The translations under genes were made by a program, and so were the position numbers. 64,000 nt of DNA, taken from assembly GCF_008831285.2 (NCBI RefSeq), contig NC_045138.2:26660001-26724000 (forward strand), written 5' to 3'. This document shows positions 36,141 through 49,001 of this stretch, piece by piece. The DNA comes from Nymphaea colorata (taxonomy: Eukaryota). Numbering within the stretch: the first letter of the stretch is position 1; each line of letters begins with the position of its first letter. Below the pieces are notes generated by a model. That model was not told where the DNA came from and did no database searches. It saw nothing but the letters and a program-made list of their open reading frames with translations.

Positions 36141-36493
36141 GTTCCGGTGTGATCATCCTTTACACTATATAGGTGCCAAAGTAAGATCTATGAAATCCTC
36201 AAGGGTTGTAGGCAAGAGAGGCGAGAGGTCACTTGGGGGTGCTGGAATGAACAATGATAATGTTCATTCTTGTTATGATGAACTGAATAATGTCTAAAAG
36301 CAAGCCAAGTTCAACCAGCCAATGTTTTCATTGATGGAGCCAGAAATTTTTTGTTAAGAGACACTTGAGTTGGTGACATAAGAACAGATAATTTTTATAA
36401 TTTTTGAGTCATAACAATGTGATCTTGGGACGCGATAACTGGCTCACTATTTAGGAGAAGCAAAATGTTGTTTTGCCTCAAAAATGCCTTTTT

Positions 36494-36689
36494 GGGGATT
36501 GTTTGGATGGCTTGAAAACAAAATAGTCAGAGAAGCTGTTTTTTTCGAAACAGTGTTTTTCATTAAAAACCAGTGCCCACCCAAACCTGAAAAAGATGTT
36601 TTTCAAAAGTCACTAAAAAGACCCACTTTTACAAATCCAAGTTTTCTTAAAAATCATTTTTTTAAAAAATTTGTCATCCAAACACTACC
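36494..36689. mobile_element. Tourist-like MITE remnant
   Basis: Inverted ends GGGATTGTTTGGATGGC ... GTCATCCAAACACTACC. TSD unclear. Confidence 0.6.
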
Positions 36690-38023
36690 TGAGCCATTTT
36701 TTTTTATGTTAGATCGCTAGAAGACAAGTTTTTGGAATTGTTTCTCCAAAAAGTAGAGGGCGGGCTTGGAAAATACAGAAGAATAAAGATCCTTTTTGAG
36801 AACCAAATTAGAATGGAGAAAGAACTCATTTGCACTCCAAAACAAGTTTGACAAACTGAATGTCTATCAAGGACAAGGCACTGTGGGTCCAATAATTGGG
36901 CCCACATATTTCATACAGGGCACAAGATTTTCTGAGCAAATCAAAATGAACACCTGAGAAGTTTGAAAGCCATCAGAATAAGGTATGGTAAACTTAAAAC
37001 TAATGTCTTAAGTAATATGTTGTTTGATTTTTTTGCCCTGCTGTTGTCCCTAGTTCGAATTTATTTCAATTTAAAAGTAACAAATAAGTTATTTTCATTT
37101 TTATTAAAAGGAAAAAAGTTTTGCTATAACTTATATGCAAAATGCCTACATGAAATAGACCATTAATAGATCTCCCTTTAACGCTTAATATGCCCTCTTT
37201 ACATCATCCCCAGAAATGAGTTTTTGCCCTCTTGGGTAGCAAATAGCAAATCTCCTCTTTTTTTGGTGTTATGAGTAAATTTTTGGCCTCATGTTTTTTG
37301 GTCCGGTTTTTGCGGAGCAAAAGTTTGCGCGGCTAAAACGGATCAAACATTTTCGCTTAACCATAGCAACTTATTTTTTTTTATTTTTGAAAAATAATTT
37401 AAAAGTAAAAAAAAAAAGATAAATCTATATCAGCAACTTATGTTTTTTATTTTGAAAAATAATTTAAATTGATTTGAAAAGTAAACAAATATATAAATCT
37501 ATTTCAGCAGCCATGAAACTGACGCCTGTGATTTGAGTTATGGAGAAAAATGATTTGATTTTTTGGCTTTATTTCTAATTAAATTTTTCTGGCGTTTGTT
37601 TCCGAGATCATAAAAAGTTAATTAATTTTTCGATTAGAATCTCTGAAATGCCCCTCACGATTGCCCCTTCTTACGCTCCTAGTCCGGACCCGGGTCTGTC
37701 TCTGTTGGATCCGTACCCGAACTCGAGCGTCAACGTCTTGAGTGGTGACTGGCAAGGCAACGCTTGCCAGGAGTTTGGGGGGAACACGTTACCTTTCTTA
37801 CCGCCGTCCGATCGGAAGTTATTAGCCGCTCCTGGCCGTCGGATTCCGATCCCCTCATTCCCTCCAGGTTGGTCGTAAATGGGGACTTCGTGGTAATTAA
37901 CGCGTCATTAGGTGTCACGTTTTAAACGCCAAGACGGAACCCGAGAGCTCGTCCTCATCTCCCTCCCTCTCTTTTTTTTTTTTCCTTTCCTTCTACGTCT
38001 TCTTCTTTCTCCGGGAGTTGCAG

Positions 38024-38029
38024 ATGTGA
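38024..38029 (+). promoter_or_regulatory. Minimal AUG-stop uORF in the putative CBL10 5' leader
   Basis: ATGTGA lies between the CT-rich leader (~37950-38010) and the predicted start at 38108. Confidence 0.45.
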
Positions 38030-38107
38030 GGCGGTGGCGCCTATCGCGACGGAGGAGGTTCGGGGAAGATCCTTCCGTCCTTCCACTCCGTACAGTGTGT
38101 GGATTTC

Positions 38108-41100
38108 ATGGCGCGTCGGGCGTCCTACTTTGTACGTGCTATCGGTTTCTTGCTGGGTGTTGTTTCTGTCGCTTTGGTGGGATTTCGTCGACATTTGATG
38201 GGTGTTAATCGGATTTAGGCATTTGTGTGGTCTTCTACTTCTTCTTCTTCCTCCTCCTCCTGTTTCTTGCAGAGATCGAGCTCGCTCACGGTCACCGAGA
38301 AGCTCTGCGGGGTGCTGATTCCGGTCGTCGCCGTCCTCGACGTGCTTATTTGCGCGATCACCGGGTGCTTCGAGCAGCATTGGGTCCGGAGGAAGCCTGC
38401 CCCACCTCTCACGGACGCCGCGCGACTTGCGCTTAATACGCCTTGTAATCTCCCAGTTTGCTGATTCTTCATCTTCTTCTGAACGGTTTTCTTTTTCTTT
38501 ATTTTTTATTTTTTAGCTTGAACAATTTTCCTTATTGATTCGGCCTTTGATTGTCGCTTCACTAGGCGTTTGTTTTGGATTTTCACCGTTTTCTCTTCAA
38601 ATTTGGGGCCTTTTGCAGTTAATGTAAACGAGATCGAGGCCCTGTATGAATTGTTTAAGAAGCTGAGCAACTCGTTGATTGCAGATGGACTGATACACAA
38701 GGTGAGTTTTTGGCAGAACTTTATCATTTTCTGTAGTTTTACTCGCCTGAAATGGTTCTTGAGTTGTTGATGGTCGTTAAGAATATGAGAATCTTGAGAT
38801 TTGTATTTGAATAAATGAAAAAAATGATGAAATGCCTGTAACCTCTTGATTTAGCCGAGCAAGAATAGGCAAGGGCAAAAATGGGAACGGTGGGGCCTGC
38901 AGGCCGGCTGTACGTTGTTAAAAGCTGCTCATTTTTTGCCTTGCCTTGGTGCCGGAGCTGGATGAATGCATATCCTGGCTTTTTCCTTTCTGGTGGATTT
39001 TGCTGTGTGATTTTTGGTTTTGTCATTTGCAACAATAAGTTTCTGATATTTGAGCTGGAGCTTGTTGGAGGTGTCCTAGATCCAAGCAGGTCAAAGTCTC
39101 CTTAAGACAATATCAGCGGGGGGGAGGGGTGGTGGTGGGTGGTGTTTCTAAGTTTTTGACCTTCTCGTATTAAGTCTTCCAGTTTACGTTATTGCTTCTT
39201 CTCAAAAAATAGTTGGGTGGGAATTCGGCGCTGTGTGTGGGATCACAGCTCAGTTTTGTTCGGACAAATCTTGAACTCGTTGATGCCTTCAACCGGATTT
39301 TTTAATTTTTGCTTTTAACCCTGGGATTTTTTTTCTGAAACTTCTTTGACACCGTTGTATTCAGAATTTGCAACAAATTCTCCGACCAAAAAGGTCCGGT
39401 TTTAGGTGGTCAAGAATATCTCATTTCCAGCTTTTTGAGATGAACACCTTATGACATGATTCCCTTAGAGAAAGCAGAAACAATATCTTGCATTTTCACA
39501 TGCAGGAAGAGTTTCTTAAATGCTTGAACAGGCAAAAAAAAATCAGAGACTACACGTATATACAATATTATAAACCTATGTAACTGTAGAGCTTCAGCAA
39601 AAAAAAAAAAAAAATTCGTAGACTACATATATATACAAAATTATAAACCTATGTAACCATAGAGCTCAAGTTTTCGTCAACTTATGTGCTATATCAAATA
39701 GTTAGATGGTCTATTATAGGTTCATGGGTTCTGTAAAGTTTTATAATGAAAGATAGAACAGTTTTTTCCTCTAGACAGAATCTTAGAATGTATTGATAAA
39801 TGAGGGGAAATAAATACTATAAAAGTGCATTTAATAGGTTAATGATTTGGAAAGTGGCATTTTTGTGTATGCTAGTGGTGTTCCGTTTTTCCCCTTATAT
39901 TCTTGTCCTTAAGTTATTTTTTTATTTAAACCATTAATAGTTACAACACAACTGAGGTCAAATGTCACTATCAAGCCGAGCAATTGAAGAATGACCATTT
40001 CTCCTTTTTCTGCATCCAGGAAGAGCTTCAGTTGGCGTTATTTAAGACCCCATCGGGCGAGAACCTTTTCGTGGATAGGGTATGGGGAATTTTGAATTGA
40101 AGATATAGCCACTAATACCTCTTGATTTCTTCTAAAGGATTTTCTTGTTTCCTTCATCTTCCAGGTCTTTGATCTCTTTGATGAAAAGCGAAATGGTGTA
40201 ATTGAATTTGAGGAGTTTGTACATTCACTTAGTGTTTTCCATCCATATGCACCAATTGAGGACAAGATTGATTGTAAGAAACCTTCTTTTCTTCTTAACC
40301 TTTTTAAATTGTTTCTGTCAGATACTCATTTTGTGTCTAATGAATCCCTTTTCTTTTGTTGATATTCTTCAGTTGCATTTAGGCTTTATGATCTGAGGCA
40401 CACTGGATATATAGAGCGTGAAGAAGTAAGGTTCCTCACAAAATTCCTTTCTTTATCTGTTTCTGTTTTATCTACTTTTTGAGTTCAACATGGCCTCTAA
40501 AAAGAACATATATTTTGGTGGTCTACCTTTGAGTTTGATGTGGCCACTAAAAGATATATACTTTTGCTTGTGCCGTTCTTCTTTACTCTAATGAAATGCT
40601 CCTTGCATAGCTTTGATGCTGGTAACTTGTAGATGCTTCTTTGCTTATCCATTCACGCGATGGATGATTAGATCATACATGGGACCATGGGTAGCATTGA
40701 ACTGCTTGTTTTCATGCACAAGATGGGTATTTACCCTGAATATACAGTAGATAGTGGTCATCATTCGGTTCTGTCCATTTGTATTACTGGTACTTAAAAA
40801 ATGAAATGTGGAATCGAAACGCCATCAAGTATAGTGGGTTGTCAGGCATTGGGTGGATGACTTATGTTTGATCTCCATGCTCAATCAACAAATTGTTGCT
40901 TGGTGAGTTGGTGTTTAAATCAGGTCGGGGTGGATGTACGTATTATCAAGTCCAATTAATTGGTATTCTTGGGTTCAAGTTCTCTTTTTTTTTGGGTGAG
41001 ATTAGTTTATCGGGTGTCCTATCAAAGAAAGTTGCTAAGTGCACCTGTTGCTGATCTAGAAGTCTTTTGGGCCATATTCGTTTGCAGCCAAATAGTTCAT

Positions 41101-43728
41101 ATAACTATTTTGCAAGAAAGTTAGCTTGACTAGCTTCAGCTGTGATTGTCAGATATTCACTACAGTTTTGATTTATTCCATTCTCAAATATTAAAAAATT
41201 TGTAAACTTGAAATCAAATTGTAACAAAATATTCTCATTCTATATTAGTTTCCTATGTTTTTATTTTTCTATTCGATTTTAGATATACGACTTTAGATAT
41301 AGTTATTTATTCTTTCATTTAGATGCTTTGTTACCGTCCCTCAAGATATATCAAGAAAACCCAGATATTCTAAACTGTGCTTGAGTATAGTTCAGGTGAG
41401 AAGGGAAAAGGATATAAGAAAAACTCAGCTCAAACATGTGTCATGTCATAAATTTAATATTTGTGATTTTGACCTTTCTCAGCACAAGTATGGATGGATA
41501 ATTCTGATATATTTCTTCAAGTTGTATACCCATTTAGGTGTTGATCATTTTTCTTTTTCCTAGGGACTAATTCTCAAGATCAATATTTGTAGGATGTTCT
41601 AAATGAGATGTATTAATAAAACCCACTATAGATGGATGAACGAGTAATTTGAAAAGTTGTTAAACACAATTTCTAAGGTTCACGGATGATGGCATTGATT
41701 ACTTAAAGTGTAATATTGGAAGTCACAGGGTTGCAATTGATTTTTTGGGAGTCCCTTCATATTGAAGTTAAACCTGCTTGGCATTATTTAGTGAAAAGAC
41801 AGGAAGCAACATGACCGTTTACCTGTTGAATGAATGGAACTATCTTTATTAGTTATTTATACTTTGTATCATGGACTAGTATAAGGTTAGCAGAGAGGTT
41901 CAAATAGGTAAAATTTTTATCAGCATTGGGAACTTGATTATTCTAGTCACTGCAACCTACCTGAATCACCTAGATACTGATGTATAATTATACAGAAGGA
42001 AATCAAGACTTGTCTTTATGGCGGGCGAGTCCCTTGTTACCATAATGCACTGTTTGGACTTGATCATCGTCCCCATTTAATATGTTCCAACTTCTGGCAA
42101 TTCAATGTTTTCTTGATTGTTCACAATGTAGGATCTATTAGCCAAAAAATTTACAGTTTGAGGACTGGTAGGTGGTACAATTTTAGAAGATAGTTTGCTC
42201 AAATTTAGTTGTGGTTGATGTGATGTTGTGGTTGAGTGCTTTCCTGTGCTAAAACTGTTCATTCTTGTAACCTTTAACTGGATATATCGATGTTCTAGAT
42301 GTGATTGGTGATTTAATGCAGCAGCCCTCCTGACGTTGTTAATATGAGAATGGTTAGTATTAGATCCCGTTGGATGACATGAAGATAATACTTCTTGCCA
42401 CATCTCCAAGGCCTGAATATTGGTTGTTAAGAACTGTGTTAAAAACTCAGCAAGTATCAACCCAATGATTTGGTCCTCAATCTGGTTAAAAAAAATAGAA
42501 AAACTAGGAATTAACAATGCTCAGCCAAATCATGGGACAATCTGATTATGTCAGCCGAGTCACACATGAAGGTGCACGGACATATACTGGTAACGTAACT
42601 ACAGTAACTATATTACTAATGTTGCATTTATACATATACATAGCTATGGTATTATCCATGTTATAATGCATTAAGAACATTATTATATACATAAGCGGAT
42701 ATATTCTGTGAGGAAAATGAAGTTGCCAAAACCCGCCTGTCACTGAATTGACCTGCTCTTTCATCAGCTTTTCGTAGGTCTGTCGAGTTGTGAGCCGATT
42801 GACTCCAAGTTGATTCCCAAGTCACTGTGTTCTAAAACCTTGGTTAAACTTTAAAGATATAGGGCCAAGAATGAAGAATTTGTTCATGAGATAATACAAA
42901 TTAGTAATTCTTGCGACATTTCTAAGGCCTGAATAGTTAGCATTGTTGGTAAAATTACAAGGGCAAGAAGGAAGAACTTATTCATGAAATGATATAAATT
43001 AATATTTATTAGCACATTTCTAAGGCCTGAACATTCAAGGTTGTTAAAAGTACAAGAGCAAGAAGGCAAAACTCATGCACCAAACTGTCAGAAACTGCTG
43101 CATGAATATGGAATTATTTTGCGGGTGGGATAGAGTATTTTTGAAATTTACTTAATTATTGAACTTTTGCATTGGCAAGTCATGACAAATGCTATAAAAT
43201 AGGTCATGGGTTTAATAGATGTGCTATAACATTTCACCTTTGGTGTTCTTACTATGAAATTCTATACATGCTGGATTGAAAAAAATTGCAGATTTGTGTG
43301 TTGTTAAAAGTGTCACATCTGCTCTGATTTATCATTGTACTATATAGATGATGCTTCCCTGCTATTATACATGTTTTTGAGTTTCACTGACACAATTTTG
43401 ACCATCAATATAACAGTCAATACTATTTATGAACCAGTACAGTTATGGCATTTGTTTCATTGTGATGTGCTTTCTTGTCAGGTTGTCGATTGACATATTG
43501 AGCTATTTTGGCAGGTTAAACAAATGATTGTTGCTATTCTGAATGAGTCTGATACTTTGCTGTCAGATGAGCTTCTTGAGGCTATTATTGATAAGGTAGA
43601 AATTTAACTGATAAGGCATATGGCCTGTCCTCAAAAATTTAATATGTAGAACATGCTGATGCTCTATGTTACATAGGTGTGGGTGCCGGAGTGGCACATT
43701 TCAAAAAATTTAGGTGAGGCGGTATTAT

Positions 43729-43783
<55 letters not shown>

Positions 43784-45490
43784 AATTAAGAAATTAAGAA
43801 TATACACTACAGTCTATACACTACACTACACACTATATGGGTAAATTATATATGAATATTATATATTACATACTTATAAGTTATAATGTATTGTGTATAT
43901 GAATGTAACAGATTAAGCATTAACATGCTTACAAAGTACAAACATTAAACAAGTAAATGAAAAACCACAAAAACAGGACAGAACACAGAAATTAAAAAAA
44001 AATTGCTAAACAAGTAACAACAATCGTTGCAGCAACATGCAAAACTGAGAAAGTGAAAAAGCTAACAGTCAAATATGAACATTAACTGATTTAAGTATAA
44101 AACAAAAAAAATAGAAGCACCTGTGCTGTGCGTCTTGAGTTGAATTGGTGACTCAACAAAATGAAATACAAATTCAAGACTGGAATGAGGAAGTGCAGAT
44201 GGCAGAAATCAAACCAGAGACAGATAGAAAACCCACCATCTTGCCAGAATTAGGGCTGAGAAAGATAGAGACGACAATACTACTTAAATAGGGCAGAAAA
44301 GTCCTTTGTTCCACTCAAAGACCTGTGACACGTTGCCTCCGGCTCTCGTTTGACCCACTCAGTCAACAGAAATGACCTTCCATTATGTTGGATGCTTCAA
44401 TGAAACCAGCAAAACCAACAAACAAGGGGAGGAGTGCATGGGAGGAGAGGAAGAGGGTATACAATCGCGCCCTAAACCCCCGATTTAATGTTAAAAATTT
44501 TTAAAATAAAAATATCAAAAAAGGATGACAATAGGTTTGACGCATTTTGACCGCGCCTGACTTGAGTCAAACATGAGTTGGGTGAATGTCAAAAAGTCTT
44601 GTTGACTTGTACTGGGTGTGAATTTGGGCCGCACCTGTGTCTGCACCCAAGTTGTGTCGACACGGGTGGGGCAGTATTTTGCAGCGGCCGTGTGACATAG
44701 CTGATGCTTGTGTTCCTCTTTGGTTTGTTTTCAGACATTTTTGGAGGCTGATGCGGACATGGATGGGAAAATTAACAAGGAAGACTGGAAGGATTTTGTT
44801 CTACAGCGTCCTTCTCTTTTGAAGAACATGACTCTACCTCACTTGAAGTATGCCATTTTCACCTATTAATATGCTCTTGAGTTGCACTCCTTTTTCTGGG
44901 TGCCCTTTTTTTTGGGGTGACAAATTTATTTTAATTTTATTTTTTTTCAACAAAGAAATAATTTTTTTTTCTTTTATCGTCGGTGTGTATTAAATTGAAC
45001 TTGGGGAGTCAATATTACAGCCAGTAACATCTTCTTGATCCGTTTTGTCTTGATTAAAAACAAGTAAACAACCCTTTTATAAAACTTAAGAAGTAAAGAA
45101 GAATCATTTGCTTGTTAAATTGAACACCAGTAGAACTTACATGGAATGGTTCATTATGATTGTAGTTGAACTATATAGTATATAGTACGAAACTTTGGTT
45201 TTCATCAAGTCAGCATGAGTTTGGGAAACTATGTTGTCCCTGGAATCAACTCAGCTTCCAGTTTACGCTTAATTTTCTCCGTTTCCTTCTTCAATTACGT
45301 TCCTTGAAATGTGCTTAGTATTCACTTCATTCTTATCAAGTGATAGCATGAGAATGACGCTTAAGTTTTATAATAAGTGATTTCTTAAAAGTATATGTGG
45401 GGAGCTGCTTTGCTTATGTTTATGAACGTCTTTAGGGACATAACTACGGTCTTCCCAAGCTTTATCTTCCACTCTGAAGTTGATGACTAG
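38108..45490 (+). CDS. CBL10: Calcineurin B-like protein 10 (EF-hand Ca2+ sensor with N-terminal TM anchor), 9 exons, 249 aa
   Basis: Exons 38108-38131 (tentative first coding exon, MARRASYF), 38273-38444 ([33 protein letters not shown]), 38619-38701 ([23 protein letters not shown]), 40020-40079 ([20 protein letters not shown]), 40165-40273 ([19 protein letters not shown]), 40373-40425 ([18 protein letters not shown]), 43515-43595, 44735-44847 ([28 protein letters not shown]), 45436-45490 ([18 protein letters not shown]). Total 750 nt in frame. The RSSSLTV plus hydrophobic helix and the FPSF motif are characteristic of CBL10. Confidence 0.95.
39547..39666 (+). repeat. ~70-bp direct duplication in CBL10 intron 3
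   Basis: AGACTACA..TATATACAA.ATTATAAACCTATGTAAC..TAGAGCT occurs twice, each copy preceded by a poly(A) run. Confidence 0.85.
43664..44700. mobile_element. Non-autonomous hAT-type DNA transposon in CBL10 intron 7
   Basis: TIRs CTATGTTACA...TGTGACATAG with a perfect 8-bp TSD, CTGATGCT (43656-43663 and 44701-44708). 1037 bp, contains a (TA)n tract, no transposase ORF. Confidence 0.9.
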
Positions 45491-46532
45491 AAGTCCTCAC
45501 TGATTTTCGAAGAGTTTGCATGTGCTTGAAGTCTGTGGATCGCAACACGGTTGGTCGAGACTTGAAATCAAACAGGCATTAACAGCACAAATGGATGAAG
45601 GACGGCGATGCAGTTTTCCCTGATGCTACTGTCCTTTGAACTGTTCGATTCAACTCCATACGGAACGGATGCTGCTGACAAGCGGGCTATTTCACATTTT
45701 TGAGGCACCTTAATATGCTTTGTTGGGGAGAACGTAAAGATATTTGCCGCGAGTTGCTGTCGGCAGGCCATATAGTTTCTGTAAATTGTGAATATGGCTG
45801 CATTCAATTTTAAAAAAAGTCAATTCTTTGTATCTCAACCCCTCTGCTGGCAATACAGCCTGGGCCAATTTGTAACACGGTATCGGTTTCTTATTGAAGA
45901 TTGCTTCCACCAAGGTAAATAAATAATGTTAGAATTATCTTTCCATGCTGTTAGTCTTCCTCGTATTCTCTTAATTGTGTGACCTTGAAGTGCACCTCCT
46001 AAAAGCAGGTTGCTAGTGCTCGTGAGACTCGTGACTGACTTTTTTGAGCCCAGTTTTCCATTTTTTTTAGATAGTCATTTGTTTTCTCTGACTTGACAGC
46101 TTCATCGACACAAGACACGCACAGGTGTATATAAATAAATAATATGAATGTATATGTATATACATATTACACACCAAGGAGTATCATTATATTGTTGATT
46201 GAAGCATTTATGAATAAATACATGTAAACTAATTTGTTAAAATTGAATGTCTAGACGGGCAGTTTTCATTTTTACTAAAAGGGAAAATTTTGTATAAATA
46301 ATATAATCATATAAATTAAGTGCAGTGTTCTACAACAAAATATCCCAGTTGCGAATGCGATCTTGTTACATAATTTACGTTTAATTTTATATTTTAAAGG
46401 AATTTAAAAGTTCCGAGGCCGAACTTCCCGTCTTATAGATGCATTTGAAAGACGTGATGCTTTCCTTCTTGGAGCTCACGTCCATATAATTGGTTTGAAC
46501 GGTCTCAAGCATTTTATAATCAGAACGCGGTT

Positions 46533-46570
<38 letters not shown>

Positions 46571-47553
46571 CAAGTAATCCCATATATTATTTGTTTATAA
46601 ATATAAGTTGCCAGACAAACAGTATTAAAAATTACAAAAAAATAATTTCAGAAAACGTAAGTCTATCATGTCCAAACCGTGTTTTGCACTTGAACTGGTG
46701 CCAACACGCTCGTGGTGCCCTTCCAGATGTGTCCGTGTCCACACGGGTGCGTCCTGTATCCAGGCGACATAGATCTTCTAGTAAGTTGTTTGGCTGGGAA
46801 ATTGCATTGCATTAAAATAACCTCTCTATCTCTCTCTCACACATTCTCTCTCTCCTTTTTCTCTCCCCTCTTGATTGGATGGTTTATAGCAATCAGATCT
46901 TATGTTCGAGCCTTGGTGGGTTCTAACCTAATGGTATTGAAAAGTGTTGGTTTTCAGATTAGGAATACTGCTATGAAGGTCAAGTTGACCGATTCATCTC
47001 TCTCTTTGTGTGTATGTGTGTGCAATTTTCTAGGTGAATGAAGGAGACTCGTCGGCCCTCGAAATGAAAAGTAGCCACCTACCAGCCCCCACGCAAAACC
47101 CCAACTTGATTGCCTGTTATATTTATCTTTTCATTTTTAACATCATACATGTTTGGGGGTAATCTTTTCATTTTTGGGCATCCCCAAAAATATGATTCCA
47201 TTGGAACCAAAATCTGCCAACGGGTCATATTCTTCCAGTAAGCATGATCAAATATATTGTAGGTAAAAATTTCAAAACCATACAAGCAATCTGGCAGAGA
47301 ATAAGTTTCAGAATTCAGAATTGATGTGTATTCCGAGAAACATATGTCGAATTAATTACATTTCTTCATGTATGCTCACTGACAATAGTTGAAGGTCCAC
47401 TAGAATTAGGTGATCTCAACAACTTGACAGATCTTTCACAAGAATAACCACACCCACTTGCCTTAGCTACATAAAACCTAACATAGCCCAACTCCACCTC
47501 ACATATAGCATCTCAGGCGAGGTCATTGCCTGATGTGAAGATCCTTTAAAGTC

Positions 47554-47921
47554 CAGTGTCACAAAAAATGTGTTTTTCTTTCGAAAAAAACATGATAAAT
47601 TAAATTGTTGTTTACAACTTAAAAAACACACATTTTTTTATAAAAAATGTTAAAGACAAAAAATGTGTTTTTAATGCATTTTTAACGCACTTTTTTCGCA
47701 TTTTTTAATGCCAAACAGTTTTCTATTTCTATTTTTTATTTGTTGAAAATCTACTTATTTTTTGATATTGTGTTATTAGTTTCTCACTTATTTTATTCTT
47801 CTCTCATTTTTTTTTTAATTTTAAAAATTTACCATATTTTTTCCTTATTTTTCAAGTTCACCGTATTATACTCGAGAAAAACCTCACCGTTTAAAACTCC
47901 GTAATGTTATTTGTGATTATG
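47554..47921. mobile_element. hAT-type MITE, same family as 63410-63752
   Basis: Starts CAGTGTCACAAAAAA and ends TTTGTGATTATG. Shares internal sequence such as 'tgtgttattagtttctcacttatttta' and 'gagaaaaacct..ccgtttaaaactcc' with the 63410 copy. TSD degraded. Confidence 0.8.
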
Positions 47922-48922
47922 CTCTAAACCACACCCAGTCATTTTATATAGAAAACTGCGCAAACAAAGCAGTACGTTGTGTTAGTGGAACGCATGTTCC
48001 TAAAACATGTAATTGAAGAACACCGCGTGGTTGTAAGATATATTGCGTGATGTAATATATATGTGACGTAATTACGGGTGCTGTTTGTAGATTTAACAAC
48101 CAAATATTAGACGTAAATAGGCCCTGTTTTGTAGAATAAAAACATGTTCATTTCCAGGAACACGATGTTATTAAATGCTTTCTACAGGCATTGTTTGATT
48201 CATGGTTAAACAGAAAAGATAATGTTGCACAAACTATACCTTGCTAGAGAGGTAAGAGCTTAACATTCTAATTTCAACACATTAATGTGTATTATATTTC
48301 CCTGCGTCTTCAGTTCTTACTTTTATTCAAAAAGTAAAATGCATCATTCAGTTTACTTATAATTAACAAAAAAAAAAAACTTTATCTTCTCATGGTTGCA
48401 GACTTTTTGGATCTGATCTGATCTTTTTATCACTTTCCACTATGCTGGATCCGGTTCTGACACAAACTAATGTCATATATTGCACCCCTGATCCCCAACA
48501 GATGACTGAGGTCCTTCAAATCTTCATTCAACCACCAACTTCTTAATTCAAAGCTACGGAGACCAAATGACAGAAATTTTTAAGATGGCTGCAGGTTCTT
48601 GTCGTCTTGGAAAAGTCATTTTCCAAGTATTCAACAAGATTTATTTCTTTCAGTTAAATCAAGAATGTAACCTTTGTGTTTATACCAAGTGGTAAAAGTA
48701 GATCTTTGCTAGTTGTATGTGGTCCATATTTCATAAATATGTGGGAGGACTTTGATACTAAATGCACCTAAATAAAAAAATATCAAAATTTTATATTGTT
48801 TTTATAAGGTCAGACATGGTGTTGAATAGTTGTACAATTTTTTTTTCTGTGGGATTTGTCTCTTTGAAAGTTTTTCATGTTTCCTCTCAAGATGAAGAAT
48901 GAAAACTCTGATTTGCCCCACT

Positions 48923-49001
48923 GGGTTTGGCATCGTTGGTCGGATCAGTCACCAATAAAGCGCCAGTCCTTGGTTCGATTCTTGTGGGTGTTTACTCTCT
49001 G
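48923..49001 (+). mobile_element. tRNA-derived SINE head
   Basis: A-box-like TGGCATCGTTGG and B-box GGTTCGATTC. Aligns without gaps to 56245-56323. Confidence 0.65.
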
